Of a DNA stretch of 64,000 bases, positions 26,368-38,599 are shown piece by piece; within the stretch, counting starts at the first letter, position 1, and every line of letters starts with the position of its first letter. The notes beneath the pieces were generated by a model. That model had not been told where the DNA came from and did no database searches. It saw only the letters and a list, made by a program, of their open reading frames with translations. This stretch comes from Raillietiella orientalis (lineage: Eukaryota), in assembly GCA_036172245.1 (NCBI GenBank), contig JAYWIR010000009.1:4836001-4900000 (forward strand), written 5' to 3'. Made by a program: the position numbers and the translations under genes.

Positions 26368-27090
26368 TTTATCTCCCGGTCACGCCGGGACGTTTATTAT
26401 GAAAAATAAACATGGATGTGAAGGGCCATCGACCCTACATTGTCCGAAAATGCTCGGAACCTGCCGGGAAACCGGCACGCAGGCCTGCGGGGTTCGCCTC
26501 GGCAGTGGAGGGGGAGGAGACAAACAAAAAATAAAAAAATAAGCAAAAAAAGTATTTGCAAAAATTATGGGGGGGGGGGGGGGTAGGGAAAGGATCACCG
26601 GGTTTGCGAGGGCGTTCTCTGCATCCTTTCTAGGATGCCGGCAAGTTCCCCCCGAGTATGCCCCAAGCGGGGCCATCTAGCTGCCGTCTTCAGGGAGTGC
26701 AGGGCGAAGCAGATGGCGTCCCTATCGCGCCGTCCTCCTCCCCTCGCGTAGCTCCAGGCCTTCACAATCCCACGTAGGCAGCAAAGAGCTGCTAGGGATG
26801 CGGCAGGCGAAAGGGCATCGCGCAAGAAGAGGCGTCCCTGGGATTGTCTGCCGGTGCACCAAGGGCCATTGTGTAATGCAACCACAGGGGCCGGAAGGCA
26901 GCACAGTCTACGAGCAGGTGCAGGAGCTGGAATTCCGCACTTGCAATAGTTGAGGTCCATAGTTTCTACGGTCAGTGGGATCGGAGGGCGGTGCATGGGA
27001 GATCCCAGTGCAACACCAGAAATGCCGACAACTGCTACTTCAGGAGGAGGACCCGGTTGTTCTTCCGCACCGGGGGTCACTAGAGGTATT
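26368..27090 (-). mobile_element. 5'-truncated L1/Tx1-like element (C-terminus + 3' UTR)
   Basis: AASLAALCCLRGIVKAWS is homologous to AAWLAALCCLRGIVAAWS of the 9672 copy. Terminal AATAAACGTCCCGGCGTGACCGGGAGATAAA. Possible decayed TSD: TAGTGAGTCCTATTGATGTGGG (left) versus TAGCGAACCTATTAATGTGAG (right). Confidence 0.85.
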
Positions 27091-27979
27091 TAGCGAACCT
27101 ATTAATGTGAGAGTCCTTTGCATGTCACGTGGGCGGGGAAACCGCAGTCGCGGGAAAGGCATCCTGCGAGCGCCAGCTGCAAGGCGGTCAAGGCAGCAGC
27201 GCTTCCTGCTAGGCCGTCGGCGTCTACCTCTCTACATCCGCCAGAGGTCAGGGTGAGGGGGGTGACCGTGTTGCTCTGGAGCGTAGGAAGCTGCGGTAAG
27301 CTTCTGCGACAAAGGTGAGCACCTAGGCTGCGAGGAAGCGGAGGCTGCCAAGACCAACAACTCTTTCGCCCAGCTCCAGCAGTCAGACCTAAGTCATGGA
27401 CTCGAAAAGCTGGACCGTCGGAGGCGAGCCTGCGGAAGAAGACCGCTGCTCCCGGACTGCATTTCTTAGTCCGACACTTCCGCTACAACGGGCGAATGCA
27501 ACGTGGCGGCAGTACGCCAACTCCAGCCGAAGAGCGCTAGGAGTGACTGGGTAGACGGTTGGTGAGAGCGCAGGCAGCGAAATGTCGTGCGCTTCCCGGG
27601 AGGCCTCAGAGGAAGGGGATGCGAGCCCGGGTCCGCGGACTTGCACGAGGGACATTCCGCTGTTCCCACGCAGATGGATAGCTCCCTGCCCCGACGTAAG
27701 GCAGGGGATTCCCCGGGGTTTTCAACCGCATCAGTAGCAGACTAGTCTCTTTGCCGGCCTGCTGGGATGTCAGAGGGCTGCGGCGAACACAGCGGCCTCC
27801 CAGAGTTTGATTTGACCCTCCTCCAGGAAGGCCACGAGGTTTCTCAAGAGGAGATCTTTACAGGCTGCTCCAGATAACCCTATCCGTGTGGTGCGAGGAG
27901 CACAAGAAGCGTCTCTTTGTCATCCACTCCTGCGTTTAATGAATTTGGCGAGCGGTGCATAGGGTTCGACGAGTTCGGT

Positions 27980-28790
27980 GGAATGGGTCAACTACGGCTG
28001 CACTGAACCAGTCGATCCATCTCGCCGTGAAGATGGTCTAAGCAGCCACCAAAAGCCGTCATTCCGGGGGAAAAACGAGCTCGCCTTTTTGGGGAAGAAC
28101 TTGGTGGGAGCAGTGGCTGAGTGTCTCCAGTTGCAGAACGGCGCACCTAGTGGCAGGGGACTTTGATGTTTTCCTACACCTCTAAGGTGTGTACTGGGGA
28201 GGCTGCTCCGAAAGATTCCCAAGTGTATTGCTGAGACGCTGTTGTACAACCTGCTGTCCTGCGACTCAGGGACAGAGAATGCGAGCCGACTGCGCCTCCC
28301 TCGCTGACTGCTTGCATTCTCGGGTGGGCAGAGGGAGCAAGGGGCACTTGTCACTTTCTCATCACCCCCGTCTCGAATCCGATGTTCTTTCGAGGTCCAA
28401 GGATCCTCCCCGCTCCGATCAGATAGCATAGAAGAAGTGAAGGAGGATGGCGGCGACGCATTGGCTGCAACACTGGAGACAAGAGAGCTCTTCAGCGACC
28501 CGGTGTGTCGGGTCACAGGATCGGTTCTTGATCTGGGCTATTCCTCCTCCTTCTCTTCTTTTATTTCCTTCCTTCCTTCCTCCTCCTCCTTGCTCCTCAC
28601 TTCTTCCCTTCGTCGTCTTTTCTTTTCCTCCTCCTCCCTTCTTCCTGCGTAGGTTTTTACCTCTCCCTGGGTTCCGGAAAGGGGATGGAGAGAAGATGCA
28701 CGTATCTCAAGCCGCTCCAAACCTGTCTGCGTACAGAAAGGCGTACAAGTCACCTCTCCCTCCTGCAAATTTTTCCGGATTAGAGCACCC
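27980..28790 (+). mobile_element. Decayed L1/Tx1-like 3' region with UTR
   Basis: Pyrimidine tract at 28545-28670, followed by the family hairpin CTGT-CTGCGT-ACAG (28723-28736). Confidence 0.45.
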
Positions 28791-28899
28791 TTCTTTGCCG
28801 TGCGCCTAAGGAGGCAAGTCGTCCTCCCAGACTCCCAGAATTGTAGCTCGGCCCGTGTTTGGTACTCCACTCAACTTCATTAGCACGGGGCGTAGACAT

Positions 28900-30200
28900 C
28901 CCTCGAAAATGCTGCTGCTGCTGGAGGCCGCACCCTGAAATCGGGGAGCAAGACCACGTCTGTCTCAATGCTCCCTTCTCCAGAGCGAATATCGCCTCTG
29001 CCATTGGAGAACTCAAAGTGCAGTAAGCGCCAGGGGTGGTCGTTCTCCCTGTGGCGTTTTTCAAGTGCTTTATGGAGGAACTAAAGTCCCCTGGTTCTAA
29101 GACAGGCCGCTCCGATGCGGGAGATCGGCGACATGCCCGTCTCGTTTCACTTAGCCAGGAACCGATGGAGGGAACCGATGCAGCCCAACAGCTGGAGTGC
29201 AATCATTCTGGTGAATAATGATCTTAAGTTCTTCTCAAAACGAGGCCAGCTGTCGATTCTGATAAGATCGGAGCCAACGTATGCCGTCTTCCCTTAGCCA
29301 AAACTGCGCGGCGGACCGACGGATCGTCTTCGCGCGATTTTGGCTTCCGCTGCAACGAAAGGGCGCGATGAAAAGACCGATGATCCAGCTGGAAGCCGTT
29401 GAGTCACAGAAAGACAACATGACGCACGATCCGTCTTCCTTGAGAGGGTGGATACCGCGCCAGTTCCGTTTTCTGGGAAGCAGTTTCTTGCTGTCAGAGC
29501 GAGTCTTTCTCTGGAACACCTTTGCCACTCCTCTGCTTCGCCCACTACTTTTCATCCACACTGAGGTCCATTGGCTCCCCAGAAAAGTCCTGTAAGGTGC
29601 AACCAGACCATAAGTCCACCTTAAAGGTATTCCTGACGCCCGCAGGGACGCCGAGCTAGGTATACTCTTTCACTTAAGGCGATCGAGCGCCAGCTCCTCC
29701 GGAGACTATGATTTCTCACTGACCATTGGAATGGACACCAGAACCATCCAGCTAGGAAGCTGTTAGCTAAGATGGAAGGCAGAAAAAAGTCTCACCTCTC
29801 TGTTGACTAGAAAAAATCTGTCGAAAGCCCAGAGATCTGGAACTGAACTTTTCTCTCAAAGAGCTCTGGGCTCGGCTTCGGACCAATACTGGATGTCTTG
29901 CCTCGCGGAGAATTGGAGACAAGAAAACCTTCAAAGTTGAATGCGCCTAGAAAGCGTTGCCTCTGGAGACCATTGACGATCCTGGAAAAGTAACCTTTGG
30001 AGCAGTTGTGGGGAACCAAAGAAGAAGACCTTCCCTGGCAGATTCCTTGCTCGCCATCCGCGGCAAGAAAGGCTGTGCGAAAGAGACCTACAGTGTGGAG
30101 GTCTCGGTCACCCTGTAAGCTTGGAAAGCCGGAAACCTTCGCAGCCCATGCTCTCCCAAAGAAAGAGGATGGAGCTCTGGGCTAGAGACATCTCCCGAAG
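28900..30200 (+). mobile_element. Decayed L1/Tx1-like ORF2 fragment
   Basis: LKVQ*APGVVVLPVAFFKCFMEEL (~K+PGPDGLP.EFYK). FLLSERVFLWNTFATPLLRPLLF is homologous to FFLPERAAVWNTFAAPLLRPLLF. Confidence 0.75.
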
Positions 30201-30639
30201 TTATCGTAGTTCCCTCACTAGTCGCCTTGAACAGTGAGAGGAATGAAGCGTCCAGGAAGGCAGTTTCCCATCATGCATCCGAGGCAGCGGGTGAGGAATT
30301 CTCAGGAATGACGCGTTGCTGAACCGCGTCAGACCAAACTCCAGGGAGGTCGGGAGTGTCTTCCTAGTGCTCTGTCCCTCCCGGAAGATAGCCCTCGCGG
30401 GATACTGAAGAGAAACGGTTCCAGGAAAAACGGCCGTTCTTCCGCCGCGATTCGTACCGAAGCGTCACCCGTGTAGGCGGGCAGCCGCCATGCTGGCACT
30501 CCCTCAACTTCCAGGAGCAGCCTGTTGGTCCCGCCTGGATCACCGCGAAAGAGAAGGCTACCTCCAGCGCGCAACAGAAGAACGGGAATCGCCAGAACCC
30601 AATGACACTTCCCCACTCTCCACTCTCTATAGAAAACTT

Positions 30640-30792
30640 GATTTTGCTATTTATATCTCCCATCCTCCCTGGGTGTCACTTCCTTGGTTTCTCCCTTGAG
30701 TTGCGCGGCAGCAGCACCCAGTCCTTTCTGCTGCCGTGTTGCACGGATGTTTATTTCTATGTAAACAAACGCTCCGGCGTCACCGGGTGCCA
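30640..30792 (+). mobile_element. Isolated 3' tail of the L1/Tx1-like family
   Basis: CCGTG-TTG-CACGG hairpin, then TTTATTT..AAACAAACGCTCCGGCGTCACCGGGTG. Confidence 0.6.
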
Positions 30793-31299
30793 ACCTTCTT
30801 GGAGAGCAGAGAGGCTCGCTCCCTCCTCCTCACCGGAGAAGGAAGGCGCCGGGAACCCATCCCCACGGAGCGAGAGGATTTCGGGATGAAAGGCGGGAAG
30901 CTGAGGTTTCGTTTCCTAGCGACAACGTTTGATGACCTTGAAACTGACTGTGGCCAGCGCGCTTCCTCGCGCAACTCCTACAGCTTGCTGAAGAGTCACT
31001 TAAAACCGACCCGTGACCAGCCTCGCCGCGCTTCGACGGCTTAAGGCGCACCGCTTTCAATTCCTCGCGGCGTGTTTTTGGACTGCATTGTTGGGCGCCA
31101 TGATGATCGCTCGAATTGACGTCACTTCGCGCAGCCGGACTTCCGGCAGGTCTCCCACGATCCGCTCGCAGTGCACGATGAAAGCAGGTGCGAAACCCAC
31201 TCTCCGTGGGTTTCCCTTCTCGCAAAAAACACATTTTCCTCACTTTGCCCTCCTGCGGGAAACATCCGTCTCCAGGCTCCTTCCCCACACGAGTATTGT

Positions 31300-32600
31300 G
31301 TTTGGGACCCTTCAGGTCACGTCTGCGGGCACGGAAACTCGCGCGTCCTTCTTTTCCTAGAGGGCGTCGCTGCCGCTGCTCCTCTCCGCCTGAAAGAGCG
31401 ACGCTTCCAGAGCGTTCTTCCATTCTGAGTCAGGGGGAGCCCACGAGCAGCGCCAGGGAGGCTGCTGCTCCAGGTGACCTGCAAGGAATGCTGGTCGCCT
31501 CCTCCCGGAAAGACGCCCGGAGGTTCCGGCTGCGCACCTGTTCCGGAGCCCTGGCGAGCGAAGCAGGGGATGCGGAGGCGACCCCCTTGGAGGCGCCCGC
31601 CCTGCAACAACGAAGGGCGTCCTCCGGGAAAGCGCTCGGGGAGGAACCTTGGATTTCCCGAAAGGAGATCTCTCTCCGGTTCGAGATGGCTCCGACATCT
31701 CCAGTGCGGATCTCCTCCCGAGGCGAGGATCTCGAGGCTGACCACGGGGGGTTGCTGCTGGAGCTAAATTTTTCGAATGCCGCGGCTGCACGGGGAGCTT
31801 CGTCATCAGCGGGGCTGCTATGCGCCTGGACACAGCGTGACCACAGCCGGATCCAAGGAGGGGGTCTCGGGTTCGTTGCCCATCCTCGGTACGATCTTAT
31901 CTCGACCCTATTCCCCTTTTCCTCCTCCGCCCTTCCTCTTATTCTTCCTTCCTCCTCCCCTCTTCCTTCTCCACGCTCTCTCCTTTTGTTTTTCCTTCCT
32001 CTCACACCTCTTCCTTCCCTCCTCTTCCCTTCCCCTCCTCTTTGCTCATCGCTGTCGTCATCATCGCCTTAGCAGCACCACCGCCATCTTCCTCCTCCTC
32101 GCTACCATCTGCTCTTTGGAAATCAGTCAAGTCCCCGAAGGTGTCCGGAGCTTCTGAGTCCAGGGGGCGAAGCGCTGTGAGCGGCAACGTCAAGAGGTCG
32201 CGAATGTCTGTGGAGCTCGAGGCCGCGAGATTGCTGGCTTCAGGGGCACGACAGGGATCTCGGGCGCAGCTGGAAGATTCCGCTCTCCCGTGGATGTGCC
32301 CTTCCGGTAAAGAGCTCTCCCTTGAGGCGAGAGACAACCCCCCAGGGGTCCGTGGCGAACCCAGACGCAGGATCGCGCGGGGGAAGAGAGGACGCGCCTT
32401 CCCGGGTTTTCGCGTGATCGTGGCGCGGCCTGCGGCCTCCGCTTGTCCGCAGTCCGGTGGTCTCCTTGGTCGCCGAGTCCTCCCAGGAGGCCACAGAAGG
32501 CGGATCCGCACTGGCCCCACAGTTGGGCGGCTCTCCGCCGAAGCGCCACGGGTCAGCACAGGATCCTCGGAGATATTCCGGTGCATGAGAAAGGGGAGGG
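31300..32600 (-). mobile_element. Highly decayed non-LTR RT remnant
   Basis: Degenerate RT domain 1-2-like text (CLSPQGRALYRKG ~ ISPxQxAFxKGR). Boundaries are approximate. Confidence 0.4.
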
Positions 32601-32827
32601 TCTCCCCTTCTTTACTAGCGCGGCCGTCCTTCTCCGCAAGAAGTATTCAGGAACGCGGGAGGCTTCAGAGAAGGTGGAGGCGCATCCCTCGAGAGCTCCG
32701 GACCAGCGCCCGCAGGAAGACGTTGGCCTCCCTCCTGCCACCTTTCTGCGTGACGGGCTGCACCCCCTTCCTCCCTCCTCCTGTCCATCAGAAGAGCATC
32801 AACCCCCTTCCCCCACCCCAGCACAGC

Positions 32828-32862
32828 ATCGCTTCTCGGCCTTTTGGCTAAGATCAAAGTGT
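32828..32862 (+). pseudogene. U2 snRNA 5' fragment (nt 1-35), perfect match
   Basis: ATCGCTTCTCGGCCTTTTGGCTAAGATCAAAGTGT. Confidence 0.95.
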
Positions 32863-32954
32863 TCACGGCCATACCACGCTGAAAGCACCGCCTCTCGTTA
32901 GACCGGCGAAGTTAAGCAGCGTCGGGCCCGGTCAGAACCCCGGGTGCCGTGAGC
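32861..32954 (+). pseudogene. 5S rRNA copy with ~24-nt internal deletion (box C / helix IV region missing)
   Basis: GTTCACGGCCATACCACGCTGAAAGCACCGCCTCTCGTTAGACCGGCGAAGTTAAGCAGCGTCGGGCCCGGTCAG/AACCCCGGGTGCCGTGAGC. The termini GTTCACGGC and GCCGTGAGC form helix I. Confidence 0.92.
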
Positions 32955-32959
32955 GACCC

Positions 32960-32964
32960 TTTTT
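32960..32964 (+). terminator. Oligo-T RNA polymerase III terminator-like run after the 5S copy
   Basis: TTTTT starts 6 nt after the 5S 3' end. Confidence 0.55.
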
Positions 32965-33849
32965 ACCTGGATGCAATTGTGGTGGGCTCTCTGGGATCCT
33001 GGGACCCCAAAAATGACGAGGCAAACGCCCGCCTTGGCATCCCGGATACGGTGGCGACAACTCTGAGGAAGGCGGCAATCGCCTCCACGATAAGATAGTC
33101 AAGGGATATCTACTCCCACCACATCGAGCGCCCAAACCCCCCCGGACCCTCTAGCCCAACAGAAGCCTCTAGTGAACCTGATGCCTCCCAATCCGGTCTG
33201 CAGCTTTCTGCCCCCAAACTCCCGCAAGATCCCCAGCCTACAAAGCCTGCATTGGAACAACTGGACGCCCTGGGAGCCACTTATGGTCCACCCATCACGT
33301 GAAGAAACCCCGCCGTTACAGCTGAGGGAGCGGAAAACATGCGACTTTATATTCTGCTTCCATGGACCTAACCCACCCACGCATTGATCAGAGCCTCTTT
33401 CAACTGATTGAAGAGATTAAGCCTTAGCGATTCATTTCACGAGCCGCCGCAAATAGCGTAACCCCTATTTATACCTCTAGGAGAGGAAACAATGTAAATC
33501 CCAAAAGCAATAAAGACCTAGTTGGCATCTCGTCGGGACTGCCCTCAGTCGGCCTCAGATGAGCTGGCATGTCTTCCTGGGGCAGTCTGCTTCGCGGGAG
33601 CGGAGCTGGCGACCCCCCTCTCCACCTCCTTCCCTTAGCCTCCCCCTGGACTTGCCAGCGTGAAGTGCGAGGTCAGCGTCGGGTACTCCTGCGCGCACGC
33701 TCATTCAACGTCCCGTGAACGATTCCCCTCAGGCGTGGGCGTGGCGTCTTGCCGGACGCTCGGACTGGTGTACGGCGGCCTCGCCAACACGGTAGGCAGG
33801 GAGCCTGCGTCCGAGGTGGGGAAGCCCCAAAGAGGCGCTTTGGAGTTCG

Positions 33850-34300
33850 CCTCAGGAGCAGCGTCGATGGGTCCCTCTGACGTGGGCCGAGGGGGTTCAT
33901 CGGATCGATGTGCTGCAGAGCAGCCAACAGCCCAACGGCGGTCGCCCAGATGCAGCCATCCACGAAAGCAGCGGCGGCGGCGTAAGGTCGCTGAGACAGG
34001 CTGGAGCTCTCGGAAGGAAGGTCACCTCTGTTCTTGCGCGCGTGCCCGGGACACTCGAGTCTTCTGCCTCCTCTGGCTGCCGCCTACGGGAGAGCATGGC
34101 AGGGGCAGCCTCGAGTGTGCTCGAAGCGAAAACGGAAGCTCCGAGCTCCGGTCCTGCGTCGTACAGGTCGACCTGCACCCTTGGCGCCTGCAGAGACTTC
34201 ATTAGAAAACTTCAACAAAAGGGAAGGGTGGACCTTGCACACTTTGGAGTCCGAGTGGCCCCAGGGCTCCTCTCTCCAGACGCTTCTGCAGATCCGGTTC
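33850..34300 (-). mobile_element. Decayed ORF1 (gag-like) remnant of a Tx1-like element
   Basis: VQVDLYDAGPEL...SGRPPLGCWLLCSTS resembles the Tx1 ORF1 region before a zinc knuckle. Confidence 0.35.
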
Positions 34301-34449
34301 GTCTTCCTTCCTTCCTCCTCCTCGTCTTTCCTTCCTCCTCCTCCCTCCTCATGCAACACTGACCCAGACGAGAAGCCTGCTCTCGTTGTTGCAGGCGGTG
34401 TCGACCATCACGGAGACCCTGAGGTCCAGTCCGTGCTAGGGTCAGTGTC

Positions 34450-35220
34450 CCCTCCCCTGATGGAAAAATCTCGCCAGCGGCAGGAGGTCATGTGGATGCG
34501 GGAGTCGTTCCGCCCGAAGGCCACGCGAATCCCTGCAAGAGCGCTCTGCAGAGAGAGGCACCCTGCTGGATCTCCGCAGGTTGGGGAGAGACAATCGGCC
34601 GCCGGCACGCCCCGGGTGGAGTTCCATTTTCTGCCTCGAGCTCGTCGGCCGCGATCGGGTCAACCGATACGATGGACGCGATCTCCCTGTCGACCCTTCG
34701 TGTGCACCGCATGGCACCGGGACGAACCCTGGGGCGGTTGCGGTCGGCAGATGCTCCGCCAGTGCCGCATCGCCTCGCAGAGTGTCCGCCTTTGCGCCCC
34801 GGGCACTCGCTCGCTCACTCGCTCCCTTGTCGAGGTGGCTCCACGGGTGGTCACTACCGCATGACCTCCCCTGGGAGGGGGCGCGTAGTCTCAACCCCCT
34901 CTGGGAGGTTTGGGAGCCCAACCAAAAGGCGGGTTCCCCAGGCGACTGCGCCAGCTGTGTCTACGCGGTGTCACTCCGCGGCGACACACCGGGGGATCCG
35001 TTGCCGTGGAGATCTCTTTTGTCCTAAGAATGCAGGTTTGCTTCCAGGCAATGAGACGCCAGCGCGACGTGCGGTCTTGGGGAGAGACGCCCTCCTTGCT
35101 TAGGCAGCATCGCGACCTTCAGGGATGCTTCCGGGTAGCTTCGAGAACACGGGGTAGCGGGGGAGGACCCCTGCTCCCGGGGGAGAGGTGCCCCGATCGG
35201 TGGCGCGGGGTGTAGCAAGC
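34450..35220 (+). mobile_element. Decayed L1/Tx1-like ORF2 C-terminal remnant
   Basis: CRIASQSVRLCAPGTRSLTRSLVEV resembles a degenerate zf-RVT (C..C...ES..HLL..C). Confidence 0.35.
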
Positions 35221-37405
35221 AAAGGCGCCACCAGTCAGTGCTGCAGACGGTGCACGCCCTAGTCTGCCGCCACTTTTCCTGCCCCCTCCCCCCTTCCCGT
35301 CCCGCTCCATAACATGCTGCCCCGCGGCAGCAGCCCGACGCAAGCGCAGCCACGCCTTCGTCTTCGGAGCCCTCCCACCCTCTCTGAGGTAGAATCCCCT
35401 TTATGGTTTCCGTGGCGACGGGGAATTGCCGGTATCCTGCCGTCTCCCATTGGAAACCAACCCTCCGGAACCGACCCGGGGTCGTCACGGCTCCGCCACT
35501 CCCATGTGATTGAGTTCTCCCCAGAAGCTCCACGAGAAGCTCCACGACGAGAAGCTCTCCACCGAACTCCCGTGATCCAGGAAGAAATCCAGGAGGCACC
35601 CTCTGAGCGAAGCTCTTCCCGAGGACCAACTGGCGCTAAGAGGGTCCCTTGATCATCCTGGCAGTGGGGAACCCCCAGAGTCGTCACCTCTGGGAACCCC
35701 GAGTGCGAGAAGGTCGCTTGGTGCTAAGCGTGATCGACAGACCTGAAGAAGAGGACATCCGACTCGGGGGTCGGCTGTCTGGGAGAAGGGACGGGGGGGG
35801 GGGGGCGGAGGATGCCCACTGAAGATGGAGTCACATCCAGACCCTTTTCTTCATTGGTGCAAAGAGAGCTGAGAGCAGGAGGAGGGAGAGAAGGGGGGCG
35901 GAGGAGGAGAAAGAAGGGGGAAAGAGGAGGAAGGGAGAGGACGATGGTGATCTCGTAGAGATGAGGATGAGTAGGGGAAGTCCGCCGGTGGATGCTGGAC
36001 AGCGTGATCTGTGACGACCGCCCGTTCGGACACTCCCAGAAGCCTTCATGTCTGTCCGCGGAACTCTTCTTGCTTTCCCCCCACGGGAAGGGGGTTGGGG
36101 AGGGAGTTGGGAGGGCCAGAGAGCTCCTCTCGTCCTCCTCGGTGGGGCGTGGCGCGCGCGCACCCCTTGCGTGAGAGTCGACCCGGCGAGCTCCGCCGCT
36201 TCGCCCGTTCCCGGGAGGCGCTCATCGGCGTCTCTCCCTGGATGCAGCTCCGTCTGCTGTAAGGGAACCTCCGACAGCGCGGGAACGCGCGCCTGACGCC
36301 TCCAAACGACCCATAAATCTCCCTGCCCTCTTCCCGGAGGACCGGCAGCATCCCATCTTGTGGGCCATCCTCGCGCGGAGGGGGGGCGGCGGGGATCGTA
36401 AATCAGTACTCCCCCGCTGCCTCTCCTCCTCCCCCTTTCCCTCCTATTTTTTTTTTTTTCCTTCTTCTTCCCGCTTTTTCTTTTCCGGGAGCAGGATGCA
36501 GGGGAAGCCGGGCGGGAGCCATAAAAAAGCAGAATGGAGGGGTCCCCGCCGCCGCCACCGCCGCATCTGGGGCGACCCCCAGCCCAGAAGACCCTCGCGG
36601 GACGGCGGCATGTGCTGCCCATTAATCGGGTCACGGGAAGGTTGCCGTGCGGGGAATGAAGGGCGGAAGGCGAACTTGAGCGCCGCCCCGCGGCCGCGCT
36701 GCGAGGCTGTTGCGGCGGTCCAGCCTCGCGGATCGAGGTTTCGCCCGGGTCCGCGCAGACCGAAGGACCAGTGGCGTCCTTCCCTCATCCGGGGAACGAG
36801 AGAGCGCCCCCCGGATGAGGAAGCACCTCCCTTCTCCCCCCCCCCCTTCCCGACGGCTGGCGTTGCCGTCCTGCTTTTCGTGCCGGGTCGTCCTCGCGAT
36901 CGCAGCCGTCGACCTCGGAAGGGGACGGGAAGCGATCCCTGCGTCGTGGCGGCGAGGTGGTCACTCATTTCCCTCCGTCCCCCCTCTCCCAAAGCGGCTC
37001 GTGGGTCGCTCCGCCACGTCTTTTTCTTCTGTCCGCCTGAAGGCAGGACAGGCAGGGATGTCTTTTCGCCCGGACCACTCCGCCGGGATGGTCGCGGACG
37101 CCGCGCTACCCGCCTGCGGACATCCCCGGCTCCCTACTTGTCGTCCTGGTACGTTTTTCGGGGCCACTCCCACAGGGAGTTGGATGGGTGGAGAGCACTG
37201 GCATACTCCTCAGGCAGGTGTCAGAGAGCGCGCTCAGCACCTGAAAGGCAACACGCGGTTGCCGGGGCGACAGGAGAGCTCTCGCCTTCCCCGCGTCGGA
37301 CACACGTTTTGCCGGGTGCTTCCGATGCTGGCGCGCATCAACCGGGAAGGCTCCGCCGAATCCGGACGGGTGCGGCACCCGCAGGTCATGACCATCACCG
37401 CCCTT

Positions 37406-37434
37406 CACTTTGATCTTAGCAAAAAGGCCGAGAA
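37406..37434 (-). pseudogene. U2 snRNA 5' fragment (nt ~6-34)
   Basis: Reverse complement TTCTCGGCCTTTTTGCTAAGATCAAAGTG, with a short (G)AAGGG direct repeat on both sides. Confidence 0.88.
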
Positions 37435-38599
37435 ACCCTTCCTTCCTCTTCTGTTCTCTTCCCGCCTCCTGCACCGCTTTATAAATAGATTATTTTTTTT
37501 TGCTTTTTTTAAAAAAGAGCGGGGGTAATCCTGATTCCCTTCCCTCTTGATTCGCTTCTCTAGTGTTTGGAAACGTACCGACGGCACAGCTGCGAAGGCC
37601 TCGCGGGGCTGCGCACCCGCCATCTTTTGTCCCCCTGACTTCGTCGCACCCCTTAAAGCGACCTCAAAGTCCACGCGAGTCACGGCGGTCGCGGGGTAGC
37701 GCGGGGTCGCAGCAGCAGCTGGCTTCCCCGGTCTCTTCCGGGAGCGGTGGAACTCGAGGGCGTCGCCCCGTCTGGAGGTGCACCTGGAGGAAAAGGGGTC
37801 GCTCCTCCGAGGCGAAAGGTCGCCGCTGCGACGCAAGGGCCTCCACTCCCCCGCCTTTCCAAGCAGGCTGGCGGCGGAGCGCCCGGTGGCTCCGCGAAAG
37901 GAACCGCCGAAGCTGCGACGCGCACCATGGGGACTCACGCCGCCTCCTATCGGGCGGATTCCAGGGAGGCAGTGGCGCCGGAAGCAGGATCATCCTGGCT
38001 CGGTAGACCAGCCTAAGGGAGCGGAGCTCGCGCATGCGCTCTCTCCCAGACACGCAACGATCGGAGACTCAGCCTACGCCTGCTCCGCGGCGCCATTTTC
38101 GCGAACCGAAGAGATTCGTGCGACGAACGGCCTCTGCGTGGATGCTCGCGGCAGCTGCGCCGCGAGTGGATCTTCTCTCGGGTGGTGAGCTTTCAGTTCC
38201 TGAACTTCCCCAAGGAGGATCACCCGAAAAACCCACAGGAACATTCGGCCCGGCCTTCTGCTGTCCGCCGTCTTTTCGGCGCGCAGGTAACCGTGGACTC
38301 TGTGGGACGACGGAAGCTTCGAAGATCTCCGCTGTCATCGAAACCAAGTGTAAGGCCCCACCGCCTTCCTGCCGACGAATGAGACCGTCCGTGTCCCGAC
38401 GGTTGCCTCTCCGACTTCCAGGAGCAGCCAAAAATGAGAAGAAGACCCGCGTAAAGTTTACGACGACACTAGAGGTCGTGCCTCACACCCAACATGGCCG
38501 CGACATACACTGGACCCACAGACTGAAGGAAGCGCCCAGAACGCTCAAGGAGAACTGGTGTCTGTTGGTGCAGGTGCAGGAAGGAGATTCTTGCAGACG

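Noticed and set aside
35523..35562. Three AGAAGCTCCACG-like direct repeats (CRISPR-like or functional array)
   Set aside because: Short contiguous slippage repeat without spacers in eukaryotic TE-derived DNA.
35691..35706. TGGGAACCCCGAGTGC resembling the 5S rRNA 3' region
   Set aside because: Too short (16 nt, one mismatch) with no flanking 5S similarity.
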